DNA of 64,000 nt from the NCBI GenBank assembly GCA_963809485.1, contig CAWEJX010000020.1, forward strand, positions 1,152,001 to 1,216,000, written 5' to 3'. Shown piece after piece: positions 29,303 through 38,750 of this stretch. Both the position numbers and the translations under genes were made by a program. This stretch comes from an uncultured Acidobacteriota bacterium (GTDB lineage Bacteria; Acidobacteriota; UBA6911). Positions within the stretch are counted from its first letter, which is position 1. Each line of letters opens with the position of its first letter. The notes beneath the pieces are model-generated. The model searched no databases. It was given only the letters and a program-made list of their open reading frames with translations, and was not told where the DNA came from.

Positions 29303-30976
29303 ATGCCACCGCAAAAAATATTGAGTTCCAGGCTGACGGAACAGTTCAACGCGCTCCGCGAGATCCTGAAAAGCTCCCTGTCACTGACGGAAAGACTCTC
29401 GGATAAAGACTCCTGCGCCATTCTCAGCGAACGCCTTGCGCGCCTCCAATCCGCGGCGCTCTTCGTCTTCGTCGGCGAAGTCAAATCGGGCAAAAGCAGC
29501 TTCATCAACGCCCTTCTCGGGCAGGACGTCTGCGAGGTCGCGCCCGATCCGTGCACATCCAGGATCCAGGAACTGGTTTACGGGGACGAACCCGCCACAG
29601 CGACGCTGGGTGATTACTGGGAGCGCGTCTTTCTGCCCAAGCCCGTTTTGCGGGAAATAACCATCGTGGACACTCCCGGGACCAACTCCATCATCCGCAA
29701 CCACCAGGCGATCACGGAGAACTATATCCCGCAGAGCGACCTCGTCATTTTCGTCTTTCCAGCCAAAAATCCCTACACGGGCACCTCGTGGGAGCTTCTG
29801 TCGCTCATACGGAAAGACTGGCTCCGCAAAATTGTGTTTGTCCTTCAGCAGTCGGATCTTGCGTCCGGGCACGAACTCGCCACGAACCTGGAACGCATTA
29901 AAGAATATGCGCGCGAGCGGAATGTTCAGAACCCGGTGGTGTTCACGGCATCGGCAAAGCGGGAACAGGAGGGCGCATCGGACAGCGGCTTCGCGGAGTT
30001 CCGCGAGTTCATGCGCAAGACGGTCGAGAGCGGCGATGTCTGGAAAATGAAGGTGGACGGAGCGCGCGACACGGCCCGGAAGATCGTGAGCGCATCGCTG
30101 GCTTCACTGCGGGCCGAAGAGGCCGCCGTTGCCGCGGACAGGATTTTTTACAGCGAACTGACGGCCAAAATCGAGGCTCGCAGGGAAAAGGCCCGTTCGC
30201 TGCAGCGCCTCGTCGTGGACAGCCTTGCCGCCACCTATGACCGCCTGTCCCGTTCTCTCGAGGATGATTTTGCCGAAGGGTTGGGCGCCGGCAACGTGTT
30301 GAAACGATCCATCCCCTTTCTGCGCGACAAAGATATCAAAACGTGGCTGAAGGATCTTCAGTCGCAGTTTGAGAAGAGAGCCAGGGAGGAAATCGACGCC
30401 GAATCGCTCCGGGTATCGAAGGACCTCACCGATGAAATGCAGACGATGCTGGACGAACTTGTCCAGGCGGTGGGGCGCCGTCAGAAGGAAGGCGAGGCGA
30501 GCGCGCTTTCTCGAATCTCCGGCCGCTCGGAAGTGCTGGAGCGCCTGCAATCCAGGCTCAAGGAACTGCGCATAGCGGACATCGTGGGAGACAAGGGGAT
30601 TCAGGGATCGAACCTGGGGATGCTCACGCTGGCCGGCGGCGGCATAGCGGCCCTAGGAACCGTCATCGCGCTGGCGACCCACATGATGGTAGTGGATATA
30701 ACCGGCGGCGTCATCGCCACCCTCGGCATCGGCATTATAGCGCTGGCCTTGCTCTGGAAGCGCTCCGGCATACTCTCTGAATTCCGCCGCAAGATGGCGA
30801 AATCGCGCGAAGAGTTCCGGGACAGGCTGAACCAGGAGATCACCCAGATATTCGAGAAGCTCTTTCTGGAGATCGAGCAGCAGGTCAAGGAACCGCTTGC
30901 CCGCCTGGACAAGCAGGCCGCCCATCTATCCGCCCTGACCTCCGAAGCCCGCCGAATAATGGAGAAATTGGTCTAA
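29303..30976 (+). CDS. Bacterial dynamin-like GTPase with C-terminal membrane hairpin
   Basis: G1 GEVKSGKS, G3 DTPG, long helical stalk, two hydrophobic helices. Confidence 0.82.
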   Translation: MPPQKILSSRLTEQFNALREILKSSLSLTERLSDKDSCAILSERLARLQSAALFVFVGEVKSGKSSFINALLGQDVCEVAPDPCTSRIQELVYGDEPATATLGDYWERVFLPKPVLREITIVDTPGTNSIIRNHQAITENYIPQSDLVIFVFPAKNPYTGTSWELLSLIRKDWLRKIVFVLQQSDLASGHELATNLERIKEYARERNVQNPVVFTASAKREQEGASDSGFAEFREFMRKTVESGDVWKMKVDGARDTARKIVSASLASLRAEEAAVAADRIFYSELTAKIEARREKARSLQRLVVDSLAATYDRLSRSLEDDFAEGLGAGNVLKRSIPFLRDKDIKTWLKDLQSQFEKRAREEIDAESLRVSKDLTDEMQTMLDELVQAVGRRQKEGEASALSRISGRSEVLERLQSRLKELRIADIVGDKGIQGSNLGMLTLAGGGIAALGTVIALATHMMVVDITGGVIATLGIGIIALALLWKRSGILSEFRRKMAKSREEFRDRLNQEITQIFEKLFLEIEQQVKEPLARLDKQAAHLSALTSEARRIMEKLV

Positions 30977-30987
30977 GATGGGTAAGA

Positions 30988-31012
30988 TGGGGACACTCGC
31001 CATTGTCCCCTT
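30988..31012. repeat. REP-like hairpin GGGGACA..TGTCCCC (similar units at 31449-31470 and 49071-49092)
   Basis: Short imperfect palindromes in intergenic gaps; two flank family A copy 4. Confidence 0.45.
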
Positions 31013-31033
31013 TCCCCAAAACAGCCCCTACCG

Positions 31034-31432
31034 GTCAGGTACCTCCGGCAAAGCCGGAGGCTTGAAAGATTGGAACCGCTCAAAGCGGTTGGAGGAGTTA
31101 CGCCGGTCTTGAACGCTGACTTACGCGGGCAAAAGCCGATGAGGCGCTTCCGATCCCCGCAGGGGCCAGCGCTCCGCGCTGGACAGTTTTCTGCGGCGGC
31201 ACTGTGGCAAGCGCCGTGCGGCAAGCAGATGAAGGGTATGAGAAACCGGGCGTTTGCCACAGTGCCGCCGCAGAAAACTCCATCGGAAGCGCCTCATCGG
31301 CTTTTGCTCGCCGACCCTCGCCGAACAAATCGGCGTTTGTCAGCGCTTCTATCAGCGTTTCTCAGCGTTTCAAAATACGGAGCTGTCAAACTCTTTGAGT
31401 CTCCCAGCAGAGCCGGGGATTTACCAATGTAA
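31034..31432 (-). mobile_element. Family A IS200-derived element, copy 4 (long form)
   Basis: Both end hairpins; inner inverted repeats 31185-31210/31254-31279 around a 43-bp core. Confidence 0.8.
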
Positions 31433-31473
31433 TTAAGTGTTTCTTTAAGGGGACATTCGTGACTGTCTCCATC

Positions 31474-33288
31474 TTACCTGCCGGACCGGGTCAGGGTGGC
31501 GCCGCGGACTTTTCTGGTCTGGTCTGAAGTGGGCGCGTACAGCCCTTCCCGGTAGTACGTCATGCCGAACGAATATCCGGGTATACCGCCGGCCACCACT
31601 ATTCGTATATCTTCAGGCCGGTCCAGAATAGGCAGTTTCCCCCCCGGCTTCAGGGCTTCCATGAAAACCGGCACGCGGTCCGGCGGGATTTCGCCGGAAT
31701 CGATTCTCGGCTGGATGGATGCGATTTCCGCCGGCGTCAGCTGCTCGTAAGGTATGGTCGCACGCCCGTAAAGCAGTTTTTGAAGGCTTGCGCGCGTCTG
31801 TCCCTGGCGGCTCAGCTCATTCGCAAGTTCCGGCTGAAAAATTAATATGTGCTTCATCGGCCCGGGATTCGGCCCGCCGCGTCTCCAGCCCTGCATCATC
31901 GGACGGCTGCTTAACAGACTTCGGGTGATGCTGTCGAGAATCTGCTCCGGGGTCCAGGGCTCCACGGCGCCGCCGCCGAAGTAGTTGCCCGGCGAACTCA
32001 TAACGCTGGAGATGGTCACACAGCTGTCTTGCGCTTTGAATCCCTGACTCACGTGAAAGGGTTCCCAGGGGCTGAGATCGTGGTTTTCGGCGAAGACGTA
32101 GAACTGCGAGGACGGGCGTCCCATCAGCGCCATGTCGGTTTCCGCGGGCCACACGCGTCCGGCGTTTATGGTGATCAGCCTCACGGCGCGCCCGATTGTG
32201 AGGTTGGCCTGCCAGCCGTAGCCCAGCATGCCGATCCCTGAGTTGACGTTGATTTCTTTAGCAATCGGCCCGCTCACCATGATCGCCAGGTTGAAGGACC
32301 CGCTCGAAGTCAGGATGTGCAGGTCGTCGTAAGCCGGGTCCGTGAAACCTTCCATGGCCGCGATAATCACCGGAAGGTACTCCGGCTTTGCCCCGGCCAT
32401 CACCGCATTGACCGCGATTTGCCTCACGGTAACGATGCCGTTCTTGGGAGCGACGGTTCCGATCACCTCGTCCGGAGAGCGGCTGGTCCCTTTGAGCATC
32501 TCCTCGACGGCTTCTTTCGTCGGCGGCAGGAGCGGCAATCCATCTCCCCAGTGATTCTGCAGAAACACCTCGTTGAATTTCTGCACCGCATGAGCATAGC
32601 TGTCCGCGGTGACCGCAACGGGCTCGAGCGCTTCCCTCTTTGCCGTGATATCGGCCTCTTCCGGACTCAGGGGACGCCGAAGTCCGTCGATGAGCTTGTC
32701 GACGGCGGCAACAGCCACGGGCCGGACTGCACTCTCGCTCCTCCTGAGACGGTAATAATCGGCAGCGGGCAGGGCCACCATGCGCGCCATCGGCATGCCA
32801 AAATCTTCGGCCGCCGATTTGGCGTCGTGCGCAAAGTTGTCGGTGCAGACGAACACGCCGGGTTTGCCCAGCTTTTCGATCCTTGTGTAACCGGACACGC
32901 CGGTATAGGTACAGGACCCTCAATCCCCCACGCCATATAGGAAGGCGTCCGACTCCGTCGCAATTCTGGCCGCCAGCGCATCCCCCAGGTCGTAGGCGCC
33001 CTCATAACGCAGGACAGCCGTATTGGGGAGCTTCTCTTTCAGGAGCTGCTCAATCACGTTCCAGAAATGATTTCCCCCCGCTTTGCCGTTCCAGTAAATC
33101 GCGAGCTTCTTCCCGGACAGGTCGGCGATGCGCGGTCGTGGCGCCAGCTGCGGCGGCGGCGCGATTTCTCCGCGGGGATTCATTATGGTCAGCGAGACTT
33201 CGGGCGCTGCGGTTGCGGTTTCAGCTGAGGAGCCGAACGATGCCAAGGCCGCGGCGATCATGGTTGCGATCCACATACGTTTTCTCAT
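31474..33288 (-). CDS. Exported UGSC-family selenoprotein, Sec at in-frame UGA 32922-32920 (U-G-S-C), 604 aa
   Basis: Readthrough gives FLYGVGD-U-GSCTYTGVSGYTRIEKLGKPGV; signal peptide MRKRMWIATMIAAALASFG; shares WGDGLP..PPT and VAVNAVMAGA.PE blocks with 19933-21714. Confidence 0.88.
32885..32919 (-). promoter_or_regulatory. Candidate bacterial SECIS element
   Basis: UGUA-..-ACCGG-CGUGU-CCGGU-UACA hairpin immediately 3' of the UGA. Confidence 0.6.
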
Positions 33289-33461
33289 CGATAAGCCCTC
33301 CCGGATCTGCACGAATTCTAGTCCAGAAATATGCGGATTTCGTGTAAATTTGTGGCTGCATTTTTTATAGCGAGGTCGGCATGAAGAAAAGCATTCGATT
33401 GCTGCGATAGCACCCGGGCTTTGAGGGTGGACCCACTGAGTCTGGCCTTTCCGGTATCAGA

Positions 33462-33503
33462 GAACGCCGACATACGCCGAAAAAAGCGCTGACCCACGCT
33501 GAC
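33462..33503 (+). repeat. Four-unit ACGCYGA decamer array (half element)
   Basis: AACGCCGACA TACGCCGAAA AAAGCGCTGAC CCACGCTGAC; same module as in families A and B and at 36769. Confidence 0.6.
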
Positions 33504-33604
33504 CTTGCTCGAAGATCCCAAATTTTTCTGTTAAATTCAGTGTCACAAAAGGGGGGACTGAAGTCATATCCCGTTGAGTGTCAAAAAACCCAAGGAGATC
33601 GGAT

Positions 33605-35944
33605 ATGACAACCGCAAAAGCTTTACCCCGGACCGGCACATACCGTAACGTCGGCCTCGTGTCCGTCGACGGGCGCACGTATCCTCTCAAATCCGCAATC
33701 ATAGGCGCCCGGGCCGAGGGCGGCATCGCCGCCACGACTCTGAGCCAGGCCTATGAAAACCCTTACGCCGAAGCTTTGGAGGTGCTCTACACCCTGCCCC
33801 TCCCGGCGGACGCGGCAGTCACCGGGTATACCGTGCGTCTTGGAAAACGTGTGATACGGGGTGAGGTGCGCACGCGCGACGAAGCGCGGGAAGAATACCG
33901 CAAAGCCCTTTTCGAAGGACGCACCGCCGCCCTGCTCGAGCAGGAGCGGGCCGATACTTTCTCTCAGCGGCTCGGCAGCCTTCCGCCCGGCGAAACGGCG
34001 ACGATTGAAATCGAGGTGCTGCAGCCGCTGACGTTTCTGCCGGGCACCCGGAGCGGACAGTCCGGCTGGGAGTACCGCTTCCCCACCGTGGTTGGCGTGC
34101 GCTACGAAGGCGGGGAAAACCGCGTCCCGGATGCCGAAAAGCTCGACGTCAGCCGGGCCTCGAACGGAACGCCGCTGAGCCTTACGGCGAGCCTGCGGAT
34201 TGCAGACGGTCCCGCCGAAGCGGTTCAGCCTCGTTCCCCGGAACAGCGCATTCGCGTCCAGGCAGACGGGCAGGGAACCCTCGTGATGCTCGAAGATGGA
34301 ATGCGTCTCGACCGCGATCTTGTAATACGCTGGCTAACCGGGAAACAGGAAACCGGCTTGCGCGTGGCCGAGGGAAAGGGGCTTCCGTGCGACGGCGGCC
34401 GCTATATCCTGATCACCCTGACTCCTCCGTCCACAACCGGCCAGGCGATTCCCCGCGATCTCACGCTGCTGATCGACGCCAGCGGATCGATGTCGGGCCA
34501 ACCGCTCGAACAGGCCAAAACGGTTGCCGTGGAGCTCCTGCGCAGCCTTGACCCGGGCGACCGCTTCGAAATCCTGGCGTTTGCAGACAAGGTCCGCCGG
34601 CTGGCTGCCGGCTCCGAGGACACTAAAAACATCGACCGCGCCTGCCGGGAACTGCGCAAGCTGAAGGCGTCGGGCGCGACTGAAATGACAAAAGCCCTGA
34701 TCGAAGCTCTGAAGCCGCTGCGCAAGGGCTCGCAAAGGCAGGTTATACTGCTGTCGGACGGCTATATCGGCTTTGAGCAGGAAGTCGTCGGCGAAATCGC
34801 GCGCAGGCTCGCCCCGGGCACGAGGGTCCACGCCGTGGGAGTGGGATCCTCGCCGAACCGTACGCTGACGCGGGGCGCCGCACGCGCCGGCCGCGGGACC
34901 GAAATCGTTATCGGCCTGGAAGACGACGCCCGGCAGGCAGCCGAGAGGCTCCTTCAGGCTACCGTTCGCCCCGTGTTGACGGACATACGGATTCAGGGCC
35001 CGGCTCTGATGAGCTGTGCACCGCAGAAACCGCGCGATGTGCTCGCGGGCCTGCCGGCGCTGATCTTCGCGGAGGTTAAGGACCAAGGGGGACGCCTGGA
35101 AATCAGCGGCAGGATGGCAGGCAATGCTCCGGGCTGGACTGAATTTGTGGAGATTCCGCCGGCGAAACGCTTCTCTCCGGAAGCGACGGCAATAGAATCA
35201 ACACCTATACCAATCGGGGCGCTGTTCGGCCGGGAAGCCATAGAGGATGCTGAAATCGATCTTGCTGCCGCAGGCAGCGGGCGACCGGGCGAGATCGACA
35301 AAATCATCGAGCGCCTCGGGCTGAGGCACGGCATATCGAGCCGCATGACGAGCCTGGTCGCCATTTCGGAAGACCCGACGGTCGATCCCAGAAATCCGCG
35401 CCGGCGCGAAAGGCTGCCGGTGGAAGTACCCTGGGGGATTTCGGCCGAAAACGCGGGACTAAGCCCCATCACGACTGCTTTGGAGGATATGGCCGCTCCC
35501 TTAATGCTATCGGAACCCCGGATCCGCCCGGCACGGGGCATGTTCAGAAAGGTAAGAGAATCCGCCATGCAATTCGACAGATCTCGGTTTTCACGCGCCA
35601 TAACCGTCGATAGGGCGCGCGTGTTGCACATTGACGGCCCGACCCTGGTCTTCGAATTTGAAGCGCCGGTGGACGGATTTATTCTGCCGGACGATTACAC
35701 AACGATTATGGTCACCTTTAACGACGGCGCGGAAACGTGCGTCGCCGAGGTGGTTGCGGCTGAAAGCAGCGGGCCGGGGCCGTATGCGGCCGGGCTGACT
35801 ATCCGCCTGGCCCTGCGGCTGGAAGGCCGCGCAAACTGGAACCACGAGGCTGCTTCAATTCACTGGCGCGTTCAGCCTTTGCCGGGAGTGCCAATGGCCG
35901 GCGTCGAAGTGAACGTGCATTTCCTGCTGGGGACCGATGTATGA
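33605..35944 (+). CDS. VIT plus vWA domain protein (inter-alpha-trypsin-inhibitor/PARP4-like architecture) with extra C-terminal beta domain
   Basis: VIT: Y.NP...LE..Y.LPLP.DAAV; vWA MIDAS DASGSMSG, GATEM, LLSDG; SRMTSLVAISE; AAGGAG RBS. Confidence 0.88.
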   Translation: MTTAKALPRTGTYRNVGLVSVDGRTYPLKSAIIGARAEGGIAATTLSQAYENPYAEALEVLYTLPLPADAAVTGYTVRLGKRVIRGEVRTRDEAREEYRKALFEGRTAALLEQERADTFSQRLGSLPPGETATIEIEVLQPLTFLPGTRSGQSGWEYRFPTVVGVRYEGGENRVPDAEKLDVSRASNGTPLSLTASLRIADGPAEAVQPRSPEQRIRVQADGQGTLVMLEDGMRLDRDLVIRWLTGKQETGLRVAEGKGLPCDGGRYILITLTPPSTTGQAIPRDLTLLIDASGSMSGQPLEQAKTVAVELLRSLDPGDRFEILAFADKVRRLAAGSEDTKNIDRACRELRKLKASGATEMTKALIEALKPLRKGSQRQVILLSDGYIGFEQEVVGEIARRLAPGTRVHAVGVGSSPNRTLTRGAARAGRGTEIVIGLEDDARQAAERLLQATVRPVLTDIRIQGPALMSCAPQKPRDVLAGLPALIFAEVKDQGGRLEISGRMAGNAPGWTEFVEIPPAKRFSPEATAIESTPIPIGALFGREAIEDAEIDLAAAGSGRPGEIDKIIERLGLRHGISSRMTSLVAISEDPTVDPRNPRRRERLPVEVPWGISAENAGLSPITTALEDMAAPLMLSEPRIRPARGMFRKVRESAMQFDRSRFSRAITVDRARVLHIDGPTLVFEFEAPVDGFILPDDYTTIMVTFNDGAETCVAEVVAAESSGPGPYAAGLTIRLALRLEGRANWNHEAASIHWRVQPLPGVPMAGVEVNVHFLLGTDV

Positions 35945-36545
35945 AGGGCAGTTGCCTATGACCGGCGGCAATCCTTCAGAAAAGCTCGAGACGGCTTTCC
36001 GGCGCACCGGATACGGCGACGCGGATGCGTTTGCGGAGTGGATGGGGATGGTGGAGCATCCGCTCCGCCGCAGCCTGAGCCGTTTCGCGCGCGCCGTCGA
36101 CGTAGAGGCGGTCGTCCAGGAGACTTGCATGCGCATGTGGCTTTTCGCATCCGATCCGCAAAACAGCCTTCAGGGCCAGAACGCCTCCCTGCGCTTTGCG
36201 CTTGGCGTAGCCCGCAATGTCGCGCTCGAAGAGGTGCGGAATGCGCATCTCGAGCAGCTTGTCGGTCTCGAGAACCTTGAGCAGATGCCGGAAGGCAGCT
36301 TCACCCCGGCGATGCCGGACCCGGCTTTGGCCAAGGCAATTGCCGATTGTGTCGGCCGGCTGCCGAAACAGCCTCATGTGGTTTTGACCGCGCGCATCAA
36401 TGACGGCCACCTGCCGGACAGGGACCTGGCCCGGGGAGTCAGGATGAAGCTGAACACATTTTTGCAAAACATTGTCCGCGCGCGCCGTCTGGTTACGGAC
36501 TGTCTCGAAAAGCGGGGAGTCCGTCTCGGGGAGATGTTGCCATGA
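35937..36545 (+). CDS. ECF-type sigma factor (divergent)
   Basis: GDADAF, DVEAVVQETCMRMW, VARNVALEE, C..RLP, HTH ..LNTFLQNIVRARR; overlaps upstream stop. Confidence 0.75.
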   Translation: MYEGQLPMTGGNPSEKLETAFRRTGYGDADAFAEWMGMVEHPLRRSLSRFARAVDVEAVVQETCMRMWLFASDPQNSLQGQNASLRFALGVARNVALEEVRNAHLEQLVGLENLEQMPEGSFTPAMPDPALAKAIADCVGRLPKQPHVVLTARINDGHLPDRDLARGVRMKLNTFLQNIVRARRLVTDCLEKRGVRLGEMLP

Positions 36546-36772
36546 GACATAATCCGGAAGAAATCCTGATGGAGGAAGCCGTCTCCGCTTACCGCGGCCG
36601 GACGGCCTCGGGGCGCATCCTACCCTCACCGGCCTGGCAGGACCTCACGCCGGAATCCAGGGAGCGGCTTTTCGAAAGGCAACTTCAGAGCCGCCTTATC
36701 GAGCGCGCTTTGTCTCCCGGCGGCATGAGCGCCACCGTCCGCGCCGTTCTCCACCGCCTGCAAACTTCTTAA
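36542..36772 (+). CDS. 76-aa hypothetical protein, possible anti-sigma or sigma partner
   Basis: ATGA overlap with sigma stop, GGGGAG RBS, helical amphipathic sequence. Confidence 0.65.
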   Translation: MRHNPEEILMEEAVSAYRGRTASGRILPSPAWQDLTPESRERLFERQLQSRLIERALSPGGMSATVRAVLHRLQTS

Positions 36773-36872
36773 CGCTGACAGACGCCGACAAAACAGGACA
36801 CACGCTGACCTCAAAATAATATATATTTGGTTCAGCGTTCGTCAGCGGGTGTCAGCGTGCGTCAGCGTTAAA
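36769..36872. repeat. Palindromic mini-element of two opposed decamer arrays bounded by TTAA
   Basis: TTAACGCTGAC...x4, AT-rich centre, x4...GTCAGCGTTAA. Confidence 0.75.
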
Positions 36873-36895
36873 CCGATCCAATTTCGAAGGGACAC

Positions 36896-38749
36896 ATGGA
36901 TCAATATCGCAATGCTCTGAAGGTTTCCATCGAAGTGGCGCGTGAGGCTGGGGAAATACTGCGCGAGGAATTTCATCGGACCGGCGGCCCCATCGGCAGC
37001 GCGCATCACGCCGAAGCCGACGACAGGGCGGAGGCGCACATCCGCAAACGCCTGCTGGCCGCGGAACCCTGGAGCTACCTCGGCGAGGAAACCGGCGCGG
37101 AACTGCGGGACTCGGAGCATCTGTGGCTGGTGGATCCCAACGACGGGACGGCCGCATACATGAAAGGCCGCCGCGCCAGCGCCGTGTCGATTGCCGCCCT
37201 GCGCGACGGCATGCCGGTCCTGGGTGTGGTGTACGCCTTTGGTTACCCCGACGACGACGGCGACCTCATCGCCTGGGCCGAAGGCTGCGGGCCGGTAACC
37301 CGCAACGGTCTCCCCGTTGAACCTCTTCCGGGCGGTGCAAAGCTCGACAAAAACACTGTAGTGCTGGTATCCCAGGACGCCGCCCGCCATCCGCAGGCTA
37401 ACGCCGTGTGCGTCAAACCATCGCGGTTTTTCTCCATCCCGAGCATCGCTTACCGGCTGGCGCTGGTCGCGGTCGGCGAAGGGGTCGCCGCTGTTTCGCT
37501 GAACTCGCCGCAAAGCTGGGATTACGGCGCCGCGCACGCGTTGATACGGGGCGCTGGCGGAGTGTTTGTCGACGAGAAGGGCAGTCCCATCACCTACAGC
37601 CGTGACGGCCTGAGCCATGCAAGGGACTGCTTTGGAGGAGGGGCTGCCGCGGTAAAGGAATTGTTGAACCGGTCGTGGGGCAAGGTATCCGGCCGATCCC
37701 ATCCTGATGACGGATCGATTTTCGGCCTTATAAAGCCGTCACCCGGCCGTACGGTCCGGGACGCCCGGCTCCTGGCACGGGCGCAGGGCTGCCTTTTGGG
37801 TCAGTTGACCGGCGATGCGCTGGGCTCGCAGGTTGAATTTCAGAGTGCGGAGTGGATCCGGTCGCGCTACCCCGGCGGCGTGCGCGAACTCGAGGACGGC
37901 GGGTATTTCAACACGCTGGGCGGCCAGCCGACAGACGATTCGGAAATGGCGCTGATGCTTGCCCGCTGCCTCGCGCGCGACGGCCGATACCACGCCGGGG
38001 TGGTGCTCGAGGCTTACGTGCACTGGCTGGAGAGTTCCCCGTATGATTTTGGCAGCACCACGGTCAAAGCGCTGGGCGAGGCGCGAAGAGGCAGGAAGCG
38101 GGAAGAACGTCTGATTCTCGCGGAGCGCTCCGCGTCGCAGCAGAGCCAGGCCAACGGTTCCCTGATGCGCGTCAGTCCCCTGGCAATCTTCGGCTGGTCG
38201 AGGCCGGACGAAGCCGTGGAGTGGGCGCGCCTTGACAGCGGGCTGACGCACCCGAATCCTGTCTGCCGCGAATCCTGTGCGGCGTATGTTCGCGCGGTCA
38301 CCGCCGCATTGAATGGAGCGGACGCGCAATCTTGTTACGAGGCAGCGCTGGGAGAAATCCGGAAAGGCGGACCGGAAAGTGTGATCAAGGCTCTCGAGAG
38401 CGCCGCAATTCAGCCGCCGCGGCAGATGGGGGGTTCAGCGGCCGGCTGGGTATTGATCGCGTTGCAGAATGCATTTTATCGCCTGCTCCATGCTGAGTCT
38501 TTTGAGGAAGCGCTGGTGGAAACGGTAGGGCGCGGCGGCGATACGGACACGAATGCCGCGATTTGCGGCGCATTGCTCGGCGCGCTTCACGGCCGAAACT
38601 CAATCCCGTCCCGCTGGCGCCGGCGCGTCCTCACCTGCCGCCCGATGGCGGAGGCCGGCGCCCATCACCCCCGTCCGGTCGACTTCTGGCCCGTCGACGC
38701 ACTCGACCTCGCCGAATCTCTCCTGCTGGCTGCGGACTCATCCGCTTAG
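36896..38749 (+). CDS. Inositol-monophosphatase-family / ADP-ribosylglycohydrolase fusion protein
   Basis: IMPase motifs GEE, WLVDPNDGT, WDYGAA; ARH motifs GDALG, PTDDSEMA, NGSLMR, GGDTDTNAAI. Confidence 0.9.
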   Translation: MDQYRNALKVSIEVAREAGEILREEFHRTGGPIGSAHHAEADDRAEAHIRKRLLAAEPWSYLGEETGAELRDSEHLWLVDPNDGTAAYMKGRRASAVSIAALRDGMPVLGVVYAFGYPDDDGDLIAWAEGCGPVTRNGLPVEPLPGGAKLDKNTVVLVSQDAARHPQANAVCVKPSRFFSIPSIAYRLALVAVGEGVAAVSLNSPQSWDYGAAHALIRGAGGVFVDEKGSPITYSRDGLSHARDCFGGGAAAVKELLNRSWGKVSGRSHPDDGSIFGLIKPSPGRTVRDARLLARAQGCLLGQLTGDALGSQVEFQSAEWIRSRYPGGVRELEDGGYFNTLGGQPTDDSEMALMLARCLARDGRYHAGVVLEAYVHWLESSPYDFGSTTVKALGEARRGRKREERLILAERSASQQSQANGSLMRVSPLAIFGWSRPDEAVEWARLDSGLTHPNPVCRESCAAYVRAVTAALNGADAQSCYEAALGEIRKGGPESVIKALESAAIQPPRQMGGSAAGWVLIALQNAFYRLLHAESFEEALVETVGRGGDTDTNAAICGALLGALHGRNSIPSRWRRRVLTCRPMAEAGAHHPRPVDFWPVDALDLAESLLLAADSSA

Positions 38750-38750
38750 G

